A stretch of 64,000 nucleotides of DNA from Bacteroidota bacterium (GTDB lineage: Bacteria > Bacteroidota > Bacteroidia > Bacteroidales > VadinHA17), in contig JADFDS010000011.1 of assembly GCA_018262715.1 (NCBI GenBank), positions 39,760 through 103,759 of the forward strand, written 5' to 3'. The notes under the pieces are model-generated. The model was not told where the DNA came from, did not search any database, and was given only the letters and a program-made list of their open reading frames with translations. Every line of letters starts with the position of its first letter. Positions within the stretch are counted from its first letter, which is position 1. A program made the position numbers and the translations under genes. Of the stretch, positions 26,234 to 35,899 are shown one piece after another.

Positions 26234-27247
26234 ATGACTAACTTTATAGAAAAAAGCAAGGATATGAAAGCGTACAACTGGGGAATCCTGGGGACAGGCA
26301 ACATTGCCCACAAGTTTGCGAGGGCGCTGATGCTGCTTGATAACGCGCATCTTTATGCGGTTGGGTCGCGTGATGCCGGCAGGGCAGAGAAGTTTGCCGG
26401 GGAGTTCGGGTTCAGCAGGCATTTCGGGACCTATGAGGAGATGCTGGCAGACCCCGGTGTTGAGGTGGTTTACATCTCCTCGCCGCATTCCATGCACATG
26501 GAGCATACGCTCATGGCTCTCCGCAACGGCAAGCATGTCATCTGTGAAAAGCCCATGTCGATCACGGCAGCAGAGGTATCACTGATGTCTGATGAAGCGC
26601 GGAGGAGCAATCTTTTTCTTATGGAGGCATTATGGCCCCCGTTCCAGCCATCGTACCTTAAGGCAGAGGAGATCCTCCGCAGCGGGAAGATGGGACGGCT
26701 GCTGCATATGCGGGGTAAGTTTGCCTTTGTTTCTCCGTATGATCCGGAACTGCGCACCTACAACCTGGCCCTTGGTGGTGGTTCACTGCTTGACATCGGC
26801 ATATATCCGGTGATGGATATTTTGAGGTATCTGGGTGAACCGGAGAACATAGTGGCCACTTCTGTATTTGCCCCAACCGGCGCTGACGAGAGCACGGCAA
26901 TGATCTTCAGGTTCAGTGACGGCCGCATGGCCGAGGCCTACAGCTCATTTGGAAACATGGGCGGTGTCTCCACCGAGTTTTACTGTGAGAAGGGCAACCT
27001 CATACTCACACGTGGCCGTGACCGTAATCAACACCTTATCATAGAGATGCAGGGTGATGTTGATGACCGCATATTCACCCCGCCCGCCCAGGGTTACCAG
27101 TATGAGGCTGCCGAGGTGATGAACTGCCTTGACCACGGACTTGCGGAAAGCCCCGTCGTCCCCCTCTCTTTCAGCCTCTCGCTGGCCCGCATCCTTGACG
27201 AGGTCCGCCGGAAGACCGGCATAAGGTATCCGGGACGTGACCGTTAG
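26234..27247 (+). CDS. Gfo/Idh/MocA family NAD(P)-dependent oxidoreductase
   Basis: Rossmann start WGILGTGNIAHKF and the family motif ICEKPM. The alternative ATG at 26264 (MKAYNWGILG) is at least as plausible a start. Confidence 0.85.
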   Translation: MTNFIEKSKDMKAYNWGILGTGNIAHKFARALMLLDNAHLYAVGSRDAGRAEKFAGEFGFSRHFGTYEEMLADPGVEVVYISSPHSMHMEHTLMALRNGKHVICEKPMSITAAEVSLMSDEARRSNLFLMEALWPPFQPSYLKAEEILRSGKMGRLLHMRGKFAFVSPYDPELRTYNLALGGGSLLDIGIYPVMDILRYLGEPENIVATSVFAPTGADESTAMIFRFSDGRMAEAYSSFGNMGGVSTEFYCEKGNLILTRGRDRNQHLIIEMQGDVDDRIFTPPAQGYQYEAAEVMNCLDHGLAESPVVPLSFSLSLARILDEVRRKTGIRYPGRDR

Positions 27248-27268
27248 TGTAATCAACTTCTGAACGGC

Positions 27269-28024
27269 ATGACGAAAGACTCATCTGCCGGTGAAAAGAA
27301 GCGCCTGCTGCTCAGCATGCTCATCCCTTTCATGCTGGTCTTCCTCATGTGGCTGATGACGGGGGCGTCGCTGCTGTTCGGCACCGAGTTTCATTTTCTT
27401 GGCATTTATCCCGGCAGGGTCTCTTCTCTCACCGGCATCATCACCTCTCCGTTTGTTCATTCCGGGTTCAGGCACCTGTTCAACAACTCCCTTCCTCTTT
27501 TCATCCTTGGCACGGCGCTGTTCTACTTTTACTCACAGGTTTCATTCAGGGTACTGCTGTGGGTCACGCTTCTCACAGGCCTGGCTGTCTGGATTACAGG
27601 CCGGCCGGCATGGCATATCGGGGCAAGCGGCATTGTTTACGGTCTGGCTGCTTTTCTTTTCGTCAGTGGTATTATCCGCAGGCACATCCCGCTGATGGGG
27701 CTGTCACTGCTGGTTGCCTTTATATATGGTGAGATGGTCTGGGGAATTTTTCCGGGATTCAGGATGGACATATCATGGGAGTCGCATATGCTCGGTGCGG
27801 CTGCCGGGGTGGTCCTTGCAATATGGTACCGTCATGAAGGGCCGCAGAAGCCGGTGCCATTCTATGAACGCGATGAGGAAAATGAGGCCGGAGAAGATGC
27901 CGGAGAGGTGGCCGGGACTGATCCCGTGGCCGGGGTCCACACCGCAGCAGGAACAGGTGCAGGACCCGGGCCTGAGGCCGGAGCTGAAGAAAATGAGGCC
28001 GGCCCGAAGAATCAAGAGAATTAA
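27269..28024 (+). CDS. Rhomboid family intramembrane serine protease with an acidic Gly/Ala/Glu-rich C-terminal tail
   Basis: Six TM helices; the catalytic GASGIVYG (G-x-S-G) and a downstream H in SHMLGAAAG; FRHLFNN (the H..N region). The tail is EENEAGEDAGEVAGTDPVAG... Confidence 0.8.
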   Translation: MTKDSSAGEKKRLLLSMLIPFMLVFLMWLMTGASLLFGTEFHFLGIYPGRVSSLTGIITSPFVHSGFRHLFNNSLPLFILGTALFYFYSQVSFRVLLWVTLLTGLAVWITGRPAWHIGASGIVYGLAAFLFVSGIIRRHIPLMGLSLLVAFIYGEMVWGIFPGFRMDISWESHMLGAAAGVVLAIWYRHEGPQKPVPFYERDEENEAGEDAGEVAGTDPVAGVHTAAGTGAGPGPEAGAEENEAGPKNQEN

Positions 28025-28067
28025 TTGTTAATTTTAGCGCCACTAAAACCAACCTAAAGGCCCGGTA

Positions 28068-29645
28068 ATGTACGTCAGAACTGGAACTCCGGCATTTGAT
28101 GAGCTTATCCCGAGGATAAGCAGGTTCCTGGAACAGGATCTCCTCGAGCTGAACATTGATGGTGAGAAGATAAGAGGCTACAGATCGCCCGATGCCCGTT
28201 CCGTATGGATCAGGAACTATTCTGACATGATGCGTGCCCTGCGCTATACCGAGGCTGACCTGAACAGTGTGGTAAGACACTTTGCTGACAACCAGTCGCG
28301 CAACGGCCGGATCTTTGATTACTTCACAACATTTCCCGAGAAAATGCCATGTGAGCGGGAGAACTGGACCAAATATGTAAGGACTCCGGTGGAGGCTGAT
28401 ACCGAGTTCAGGTTTATCAAGGCAGCCTGGCTGGCATGGCAGGCAACAGGCGATGACGCTTTCATCCGCAACCTGATGCCCTCATTTGAGAGAGCCCTTA
28501 CCTATGTGATGGAGGGACGGTATTTCGACAGGGAGAAATACCTTTTCCGGAGGCCTTATACCATTGATACCTGGGATTTTGCATATACGGCAGGGAGTCA
28601 TGACTGGCTTCAGTTCCAGATAGACGATAACACCTTCTGGGGATATTTCCACGGTGACAACAGCGGGTACTACGAGGTGTTCCACTTCATGTCATACTGG
28701 TACAGCATGTTTGGCGACAAGGTTCGCTCGGCGCTCTGGCGTGACCGCGCACTGAGGCTTCGCAAGAGCCTGAACACCCATTGCTTCAACGGATCATTCT
28801 ATACTCATTTCGTAAAGCAGATCCCGGTGACAATTGAGGGAGTGGACGAAGCCAGCCAGCTCAGCCTGAGCAATCCCGCCGCCATCAACAGGGGCGCTGC
28901 CTCACCACGCATAGCCACGGCAATCATAAATGAGTACATGAAGAGGCGTGAAACCACAACCGCCTTTGCCGAGTGGTTTTCCATTGATCCGCCTTTTCCC
29001 TCCGGGATTTTCGGCGACTACAAGCTCTCAAGGGGGGCTTACTGTAATGGCGGCATCATGCCCCTCACCGGGGGAGAGCTGGCCAGGGCTGCTCTTGAAT
29101 ACGGATTTGAACAGTATGGCATTGACATACTGATGCGCTATTATGACCTAATCTCACGTAACGGCGAAACCTATCTCTGGTACTTCCCTGACGGGAAGCC
29201 CTCATCAGTTGAGACCAGCACCTCGCCAGAAGCAAAACCGACCGATGGCTGGGGATCTTCAGCCATGCTCTACGCCCTCGTCGAAGGGCTGGCCGGCGTT
29301 CAGGACAAGGACAAGCTCTTCAGGAGGGTCCGCCTGTGCCCCAAGTGGTTATCGGCAGGAGTGGAGAAGGCAGATGTGAAAATAGACTACAAAAGTTCGG
29401 GGGCTTATGTCAAATATGCCTACAGCCATACCCGTGATCAGCTGATCATCAACCTTTCAGGGAGCTATGAATACATCCAGCTCTCTCTTCCCGTTCCGGG
29501 AAACTATACCGCAGGTGACCTGATGATTGGAGGGAAGAAGAAAAAGTACATCATGGCGTCATTTAACCAGAGCAGTTACCTGATTGCCGATGCTGATGTA
29601 AAGGGTGAATGCGAAATCATCCTGGATCTCCGGAAAAAGCCTTGA
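28068..29645 (+). CDS. Hypothetical cytoplasmic protein, possibly a six-hairpin (alpha/alpha)6 glycosidase-like fold
   Basis: 525 aa with no signal peptide. Aromatic- and acid-rich segments (VEADTEF, YTIDTWDFAY, CNGGIMPLTGGE, DGWGSSAMLYALVEGLAG) recall GH15/GH63/debranching-type barrels. This is a weak assignment made by eye only. Confidence 0.35.
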   Translation: MYVRTGTPAFDELIPRISRFLEQDLLELNIDGEKIRGYRSPDARSVWIRNYSDMMRALRYTEADLNSVVRHFADNQSRNGRIFDYFTTFPEKMPCERENWTKYVRTPVEADTEFRFIKAAWLAWQATGDDAFIRNLMPSFERALTYVMEGRYFDREKYLFRRPYTIDTWDFAYTAGSHDWLQFQIDDNTFWGYFHGDNSGYYEVFHFMSYWYSMFGDKVRSALWRDRALRLRKSLNTHCFNGSFYTHFVKQIPVTIEGVDEASQLSLSNPAAINRGAASPRIATAIINEYMKRRETTTAFAEWFSIDPPFPSGIFGDYKLSRGAYCNGGIMPLTGGELARAALEYGFEQYGIDILMRYYDLISRNGETYLWYFPDGKPSSVETSTSPEAKPTDGWGSSAMLYALVEGLAGVQDKDKLFRRVRLCPKWLSAGVEKADVKIDYKSSGAYVKYAYSHTRDQLIINLSGSYEYIQLSLPVPGNYTAGDLMIGGKKKKYIMASFNQSSYLIADADVKGECEIILDLRKKP

Positions 29646-29662
29646 CCAGAAAAGTGTGACAT

Positions 29663-30442
29663 ATGAACCCAAAACAGGTAGCTATTATAACCGGAGCGAG
29701 CAGGGGAATCGGCAGGGCCATCTCCCTGGCGCTGGCTTCGGAGGGTTATGACATAGCAGCCATCGCGCGCACCTCTGACAGTGAATGCATGCTCTCCCTG
29801 CAGCCCGAGATTGAGGCGCTCGGTGCCCAGTTCTTTCCCATCGGGCTTGACGTGGCTCATACCAACCTCCATGATGAAGCCATATCGAGCATCCTTGACC
29901 GTTACGGCAGGATCGACCTCCTCATCAACAACGCCGGCATAGCTCCCATAGAACGCAAAGACCTCCTTGACCTTGATGAGGAGACCTTTGACCGCGTGCT
30001 CAGTGTCAACCTGCGGGGCCCCGTATTCCTTGCCAGACGGGTAGCCAGGGAAATGATATGGCTCAAAGATCAGGTCAAGGATTACCGCCCTTCCATTATG
30101 TTCGTGACATCATTCCTTGCCTATACCTCATTCACCAACGGGGTTGATGTCTGCATCTCAAAGGCAGGTCTGAGCATGGCAGCGCTTGTCTTCGCCGACA
30201 GGCTCAGCGAGGAGGGAATAAATGTTTATGAGATCAGACCCGGACTTATAAAGACCGAGCTTACCTCACGGAGCAAATACAAATTCGACCGGCTCATCAC
30301 CGAGGGACTCATACCCCAGAAAAGATGGGGTACCCCGGAAGACGTTGCAAAAGCCGTGGCATCACTTGCACGGGGCGACTGGGCATTCTCGGCCGGGACC
30401 ATCTTCGAGGTAAGCGGCGGGATGAATATCCAGAGTATCTAA
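29663..30442 (+). CDS. Short-chain dehydrogenase/reductase (SDR) family protein with an atypical active site
   Basis: Cofactor motif ITGASRGIGRAI and NNAG are present. The expected Y-x-x-x-K reads V-C-I-S-K (GVDVCISKAG), and there is no YxxxK anywhere in the 259 aa. Confidence 0.8.
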   Translation: MNPKQVAIITGASRGIGRAISLALASEGYDIAAIARTSDSECMLSLQPEIEALGAQFFPIGLDVAHTNLHDEAISSILDRYGRIDLLINNAGIAPIERKDLLDLDEETFDRVLSVNLRGPVFLARRVAREMIWLKDQVKDYRPSIMFVTSFLAYTSFTNGVDVCISKAGLSMAALVFADRLSEEGINVYEIRPGLIKTELTSRSKYKFDRLITEGLIPQKRWGTPEDVAKAVASLARGDWAFSAGTIFEVSGGMNIQSI

Positions 30443-30552
30443 TAATCAACAGCTTACCGCACAGGAGCTTCGCCTTTTCACGATATCATTCAACTTTTGT
30501 TGAACAAAATGTGCTTTTCCGTGGTTTAACCTGAAACTAAACACTGAAAAAA

Positions 30553-31137
30553 ATGAAAAGGATATTCTTTATACTGACAGTTTCTGTTTTTGCTGTGGCG
30601 CTTCTGCCGGCACAGAAGAAGCTTGTGGCGGATGCGGCGGCAACCAATATTGAATGGCATGGTCATAAAATAGTCGGTGCTTCACATACCGGCAACATTG
30701 ACCTGCAGAGCGGATGGCTTGTCCTGGAAGGGAATTCCGTATCCGGAGGAGAGTTCATTGTTGACATGAACAGCATCAAAAACAGCGACGTGAAGGACGA
30801 GAAGATGCGCGACAGGCTTGTAGGGCACCTGAAATCGGATGATTTCTTCGGCGTGGAGAAGTACCCGCTGTCAAAGCTGGTCATAACCGGCAGCAGCAAA
30901 ACACCTGACGGAAAGACTCTTTTTAAGGGCAACCTGACAATCAAGGAGGCCACGCATCCTGTGGAGTTCACTGCAACTGAATCAAAGAACGGAGGGGTCT
31001 TGACATATACCGCCGACATTAATTTTGACCGTTCGCTTTATGATGTGAGATTTGGTTCAGGCAAGTTTTTCTCGAACCTTGGTGACAACGCAATAGTTGA
31101 CGAAATCAATCTTAAGGTAAATCTTGTGGTGAAGTAA
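30553..31137 (+). CDS. YceI family (polyisoprenoid-binding) exported protein
   Basis: Signal peptide. IEWHGHKIVGASHTGNIDLQSG..., DMNSIKN and HLKSDDFFGVEKYP are typical YceI patterns. Confidence 0.8.
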   Translation: MKRIFFILTVSVFAVALLPAQKKLVADAAATNIEWHGHKIVGASHTGNIDLQSGWLVLEGNSVSGGEFIVDMNSIKNSDVKDEKMRDRLVGHLKSDDFFGVEKYPLSKLVITGSSKTPDGKTLFKGNLTIKEATHPVEFTATESKNGGVLTYTADINFDRSLYDVRFGSGKFFSNLGDNAIVDEINLKVNLVVK

Positions 31138-31140
31138 TTT

Positions 31141-32232
31141 TCACCCCAGCAGTTCATGGTATAATTCAAAGGTTTTCATGACGGTCTCACCGTGATGGAA
31201 ATCCTTCAGGATGGTCTCCCTTGCCTTCTCCCCCGTGGCGGCAAGGGAGTCCCTGTTTTTCCAGCAACCGGTGATGGCTTTTGCCAGTTCGGCAGCCGAG
31301 CCTCTTGGCACCACGAAGCCGTTATCGCCCCTGGCGAAAAGCTCTTTTGCCCCTCCGCCGTCAGTCACTATCACCGGTTTGCCGAGGCACATCGCCTCTG
31401 AGATTGCCCTGCCCAGCCCTTCGCTGAGTGACGGCTGCACATAAAGGTCACATGCCGCCATCCAGGCCGGCGGATTTTTCTGGTGTCCCTTGTGGATGAA
31501 CCGCTCAGGCACTCCGCTCTCCGCGGCGAGCCTGAGGGTGTCAGGTGAATCGGTCCCGTCGCCTATCAGTATGATCCTGAACGGCATCTCTTTCGGAAGC
31601 AGTCCGGCTGCTTCGGTGAGATACCTGATACCCTTTACTTTCCGCAATATCCCGACTGTGCAGATCAGGAACTCATCATTACGGGCTCCGATCTCACCCC
31701 GGGTAACCGGTATTAGACCAGTGAACCATTCCGGGTTGTATCCGCGGTAGATGCGCACCGTCCTGTTCCTCCGCCATGGCGGGAGCTGTTTTTTTGCATG
31801 GGCTTCAACGGCATCGCTGGCACAGATGAGCCTGTCGATGCGCGGGCTCAGGAATGCCAGCCATGCCGATGGGTCATGCCAGTGAAGGCTGAGCGAGCCG
31901 TAGTAACCTATAATTTTCAGTTTTCTTCCCCGGGCAGCCATAATGGTGTTGGTCATGGCCTTGCCGAAGGTTACATGGATCAGCTCTATTTTTCCGTTGT
32001 CAATGATACTGCGCAGCCGGGTGATGATGGTGCGGCTGATTTTTTTGTCGAAAATGACATATTCAACCCTTACCCCTTCCTCTTCCAACTCTTGGGTTTC
32101 GGGTGTGGGCCTCTGGGTAACCACGGTCATGTCAACATCCCTGGCACGGAGGCCCCGGATCAGCATCCTGTCGGCTATCGTGGTGAACGGTGAGAGCGAG
32201 ATGTCACTTATGAAGAGGACCCGGTATGCCAT
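31141..32232 (-). CDS. Glycosyltransferase family 4 (GT-B fold)
   Basis: The C-terminal half has the EX7E-type region YVQPSLSEGLGRAISEAMCLGKPVIVTDGGGAKE. Confidence 0.8.
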   Translation of the reverse strand: MAYRVLFISDISLSPFTTIADRMLIRGLRARDVDMTVVTQRPTPETQELEEEGVRVEYVIFDKKISRTIITRLRSIIDNGKIELIHVTFGKAMTNTIMAARGRKLKIIGYYGSLSLHWHDPSAWLAFLSPRIDRLICASDAVEAHAKKQLPPWRRNRTVRIYRGYNPEWFTGLIPVTRGEIGARNDEFLICTVGILRKVKGIRYLTEAAGLLPKEMPFRIILIGDGTDSPDTLRLAAESGVPERFIHKGHQKNPPAWMAACDLYVQPSLSEGLGRAISEAMCLGKPVIVTDGGGAKELFARGDNGFVVPRGSAAELAKAITGCWKNRDSLAATGEKARETILKDFHHGETVMKTFELYHELLG

Positions 32233-32247
32233 TCAGAGGTGTTTGTT

Positions 32248-33753
32248 TCAGTAGTTAAGTGTTTCGGCGTTAGCCATATCAATGAAAGAGAGATAGATGA
32301 GTTTCGCCACATCCTCCATGATTTCCGGGGTGACAGACGTTGCGTCATCGCCCGGCAGGTGATAGTAAACCGGTTTCACCCCATCAGTAGTCGACAGGTT
32401 CATGGTTCTGAAGCCGTCAGCAAGGAATACAAGTCCGTCGCTTCGCGGCCTGCCGTAAAACACTCCTCTTGAAGCGGATACCTTCATGGGTCTGTGAATG
32501 TATTTTTCATTGGCATTTTTAAAGTGCTCCATAAGGCCCTGGCATGATTCTGAGGCGCTTACAGCCAGGCCGGTGCCGTTGCCAACCATGTCAAGGTTGA
32601 TATATGTGACGGTTTTTTCCCTGGTGAAAATGGGATTCTTCGTGTAGTGTTTGCTGCCCAGCAGGCCAACCTCTTCTCCGCCGATCAGCAGGAAGAGCAC
32701 TGTCCGCTTCATTTTTATCCCTGACGCCGCCAGCGCCTTCGCGGCAGCCATAATGTCAATCACCCCGCTGGCATTGTCAAGTCCTCCGGCAACCAGCAAT
32801 CCGCCTGCATTGCCAACCGCATCGAGATGCCCTCCGATGATAATCACCTCGTCTTTCAGGCCGGGATCAGTTCCTTCAATCATTCCCGCCACATTGCAGG
32901 TTCTGCCTTCCGGGTGACGGGTGGTGTTCGCCTTCATCGTCATAACCTTACCGGTGGCAAAAGATGCCGGTTTGAGCGTTTTGTCAACCTGGTCAAGAAG
33001 GGCTTTGTTGTCCTTCCCCAGGCCGGCGAAGATGTCCGAGAGGGGCTCCGGCCCGATGCCTGTAACAATCATGTTTTCAATGTAAGAGATGTTCGGATTG
33101 GCGCTGTTGCCGTCGATGTAAAGCATGCCTGCGGCACCATGACGGGCGGCATTCTCAGTTTTGTACTGGTGATAGCAGTATTTCACCCATTTTGCATAAT
33201 CCGGATCACGGACATCCTTAAAGGGAACGTCGCGGTTCATCAGTACTATCTTTCCCCTGACATCCACGTTTTTATAATCGTCATAGTTAAGTTCGGGGGC
33301 TGTGGTGCCATATCCGACCCATACCACCTCTGCGGTCACTTCCCCGCTGCCTGAATTCATGCCGGGGTAGAAGTCGGCCGGCGCCTTATAGTCTTTTACT
33401 ATGGTCACACCGTCCTTTTGCGGGATTTGCAACTTCAGTTCCCCGGGCTCGTTGACGACAGTGTAGGGGTGGTCAAACCACTGGAAGTAAGAGCTGTTAT
33501 CACCTGCGGGTTTAATGCCCCACTCCCTGAACTTTGCGGCCATCCACTCTGCCGCGGCCAGGTATTCGGGGGTGCCTGCCAGGCGGCCGTTGTATTCCGG
33601 TGAGCAGATCTCTGCCATCCACCCGGCTATTTCTTCGCTGCTGATTGAATGGAAATGCTTAAGCATGAGCTGCTCATCGGTCTGCTGTGCGGGGGCAGAG
33701 CTGGTGAAGGCAGCAAGTAGTGATATGGCGACTGTCAGTAAGAGTGTTCGCAT
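32248..33753 (-). CDS. M28 family metallopeptidase with an inserted PA domain, exported
   Basis: Signal peptide; IIIGGHLDAVG; FLLIGGEEVGLLGSKHY; YINLDMVG; and the C-terminal YHLPGDD. A PA-like insert (VRGKIVLM) is present. Confidence 0.85.
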   Translation of the reverse strand: MRTLLLTVAISLLAAFTSSAPAQQTDEQLMLKHFHSISSEEIAGWMAEICSPEYNGRLAGTPEYLAAAEWMAAKFREWGIKPAGDNSSYFQWFDHPYTVVNEPGELKLQIPQKDGVTIVKDYKAPADFYPGMNSGSGEVTAEVVWVGYGTTAPELNYDDYKNVDVRGKIVLMNRDVPFKDVRDPDYAKWVKYCYHQYKTENAARHGAAGMLYIDGNSANPNISYIENMIVTGIGPEPLSDIFAGLGKDNKALLDQVDKTLKPASFATGKVMTMKANTTRHPEGRTCNVAGMIEGTDPGLKDEVIIIGGHLDAVGNAGGLLVAGGLDNASGVIDIMAAAKALAASGIKMKRTVLFLLIGGEEVGLLGSKHYTKNPIFTREKTVTYINLDMVGNGTGLAVSASESCQGLMEHFKNANEKYIHRPMKVSASRGVFYGRPRSDGLVFLADGFRTMNLSTTDGVKPVYYHLPGDDATSVTPEIMEDVAKLIYLSFIDMANAETLNY

Positions 33754-33909
33754 GTTGTAATTCCGTTTAAGTTTAATAGTCCGCTAACAGATGCAAATAT
33801 ATCGTTTTAGGTTTCAGATATGGATTGGGCATGCTGATAAACAGGTATTGCTGATACAAAACCAGCTGCCCCGATCGTTGTATATTTCAAGGATTATGAT
33901 AAATATTGC

Positions 33910-35175
33910 ATGGTAAAATCCCTGCTAATGACTACCGGGACCCTTTTGAAACCGACCAGGCGGCTTGTGACGCGTGATTTCATTGTGCCATTCATACTTG
34001 TTACGAGCCTCTTTTTCCTGTGGGGTGTTGCACACAGTCTCCTGGACGTGCTGAACAAGCATTTTCAGGATATCCTTGGCATTACCAAGGCGAGGTCAGG
34101 GCTGGTGCAGGCTGCACTCTACGGCGGTTACTTTATCATGGCCATCCCGGCCGGTCTCTTCATGAACAGGCTGGGATACAGGAAGGGTATCATCACCGGG
34201 CTGTTGCTGTATGCGGCAGGGGCTTTTCTCTTCTGGCCCGCCACATTTATCCAGACATTTGAATTCACCCTGTTATGCCTCTTTATAATTGCCTGCGGAC
34301 TCACCTTCCTGGAGACTGCGGCGAATCCTTACTCGAGTGTGCTTGGACCAAAGGACACCTCTGAGCAGCGGCTCACCCTCTCGCAGTCGTTCAACGGCCT
34401 GGGATGGATTATAGGGCCGGCGCTGGGAGGGATGCTGATTCTTGGAGGCAACGGTGACAATGGCGCCAACAAGTTCTCTTCCATGGCATTGCCATATATG
34501 CTGATAGGAGTGGTGGTGCTGGTTGTTGCATTCATGTTTGTCATCACCCGGATGCCTGACATTCATGAGGGTGAGCATGACAGTCGCGGCGAAAGAGGTA
34601 CTTTCCGCGGGTTGTTCAGGATAAGGCATTTCAGGTATGCTGTTATGGCACAGTTCCTGTATGTGGCGGCACAGACGGGCATAAACAGCTTCTTCATCAA
34701 CTATGTTGTTGAGACAATGCCCGGATATTCTCCCGAGAAGGCAGCCTATCTCCTCTCGCTTGGTTTTGTCTTCTTCATGTCAGGCCGGTTTATCGGATCG
34801 CTGTTCATGAGCTGGTTCAGTCCCAGGCAGATGCTGGGGATATATGCGCTGATCAACACCGCAGCTATGGCGCTGGTGATGCTGGGTCTCGGATGGCCTT
34901 CGCTTGTCGCTCTCTACCTGAATTATTTTTGCATGTCTATTATGTTTCCCACAATTTTTGCCCTCGGGTTGAAGGATCTGGGAGGGATGACCAAGAAGGG
35001 GTCTTCGGTGCTGGTCATGACCATTGTCGGCGGCGCCATCTGCCCGGTGATAATGGGCCGGATTGCCGATCTATCGGGGATGGCGATCGGTTTTGTGGTT
35101 CCTCTTGTCTGCTTCGCGTTTATCGCGTGGTACGCCTTTTACAGGGCGAAGAGTGATAAAATATTTATAAAATAG
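33910..35175 (+). CDS. MFS sugar:H+ symporter, FucP / glucose-galactose transporter family
   Basis: FILVTSLFFLWGVAHSLLDVLNKHFQDILGITKARSGLVQAALYGGYFIMAIPAG is the FucP-family N-terminus. 12 TM helices. Confidence 0.8.
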   Translation: MVKSLLMTTGTLLKPTRRLVTRDFIVPFILVTSLFFLWGVAHSLLDVLNKHFQDILGITKARSGLVQAALYGGYFIMAIPAGLFMNRLGYRKGIITGLLLYAAGAFLFWPATFIQTFEFTLLCLFIIACGLTFLETAANPYSSVLGPKDTSEQRLTLSQSFNGLGWIIGPALGGMLILGGNGDNGANKFSSMALPYMLIGVVVLVVAFMFVITRMPDIHEGEHDSRGERGTFRGLFRIRHFRYAVMAQFLYVAAQTGINSFFINYVVETMPGYSPEKAAYLLSLGFVFFMSGRFIGSLFMSWFSPRQMLGIYALINTAAMALVMLGLGWPSLVALYLNYFCMSIMFPTIFALGLKDLGGMTKKGSSVLVMTIVGGAICPVIMGRIADLSGMAIGFVVPLVCFAFIAWYAFYRAKSDKIFIK

Positions 35176-35185
35176 TCATATTCGC

Positions 35186-35836
35186 ATGGTTAGAAATGAA
35201 ACATTATTGATCTGTTTTACGTTGCTTTTAGTTTCAGGAATATGCAGCGGACAGAAGACCTGGTGGGGTGAAGTATCTGGTTTCGCCGGTGGCGGAGACA
35301 ATGATATCTTCAGGTTTCAGGAGCTGGTCGGAGCGGGATCGGTGACCGGGACGGGAGTTTGGACGGCTGGGGCGGACCTGCGCAGGCTGCTGGGTGATCA
35401 TTTCAGCATCGGAACGGGATTGTCATATTCACATCAGTATTATTATACCAGTCCTGCGCCGGGGATAGGGGGCACGGACACTCCCGGCTCATTTGGCCTT
35501 ATGGCTGTGCCTGTTATGGTGAGGGCTGATTTTCTGAAATGGTTTTTTGCCGATGCGGGTGCTTTACTGGCAATGCAGACAGGTGTTTCCCGGGTTGACA
35601 ATATGAGCGGGCTTGGGGCAACTGTAGGAGCCGGAATCCAGTACCGGTTCAGGTCGGATATGTTTATCAGGATCAGGGCCTATGCGGCACAGTACGGGCT
35701 GGTGCATTTTTCACCTGAAAATCAGCCGCAGACCCTTCTTAACGGAGGGGTGACCCTCGGGGTTGGTTACAGGTTCATCCGTCTGGGCAGTTGCAACTGT
35801 CCGGACGACAGGAATCCGGTAAGGAAGTTTCACTGA
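35186..35836 (+). CDS. Putative outer-membrane beta-barrel protein
   Basis: Signal peptide and alternating amphipathic strands rich in G/Y/A. A barrel-terminal GVGYRF motif lies near the C-terminus. Confidence 0.5.
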   Translation: MVRNETLLICFTLLLVSGICSGQKTWWGEVSGFAGGGDNDIFRFQELVGAGSVTGTGVWTAGADLRRLLGDHFSIGTGLSYSHQYYYTSPAPGIGGTDTPGSFGLMAVPVMVRADFLKWFFADAGALLAMQTGVSRVDNMSGLGATVGAGIQYRFRSDMFIRIRAYAAQYGLVHFSPENQPQTLLNGGVTLGVGYRFIRLGSCNCPDDRNPVRKFH

Positions 35837-35899
35837 TTTCAGTTGATTTTGAGTTGTGCCGGGCCGGTTCCGGTACTTCAGCTCCGGATCTTTTGCGGG

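Noticed and set aside
27890-28024. Gly/Ala/Glu/Pro-rich tail of the rhomboid protease considered as a separate repeat or coding feature
   Set aside because: It is in frame with and continuous with the rhomboid CDS, and it has no DNA-level tandem periodicity that I could see. It is most simply a disordered cytoplasmic tail.
27759-28280. 173-aa minus-strand ORF across the junction between the rhomboid gene and the next gene
   Set aside because: It is antisense to two supported genes, and its Arg/Pro/His-rich translation looks non-protein-like.
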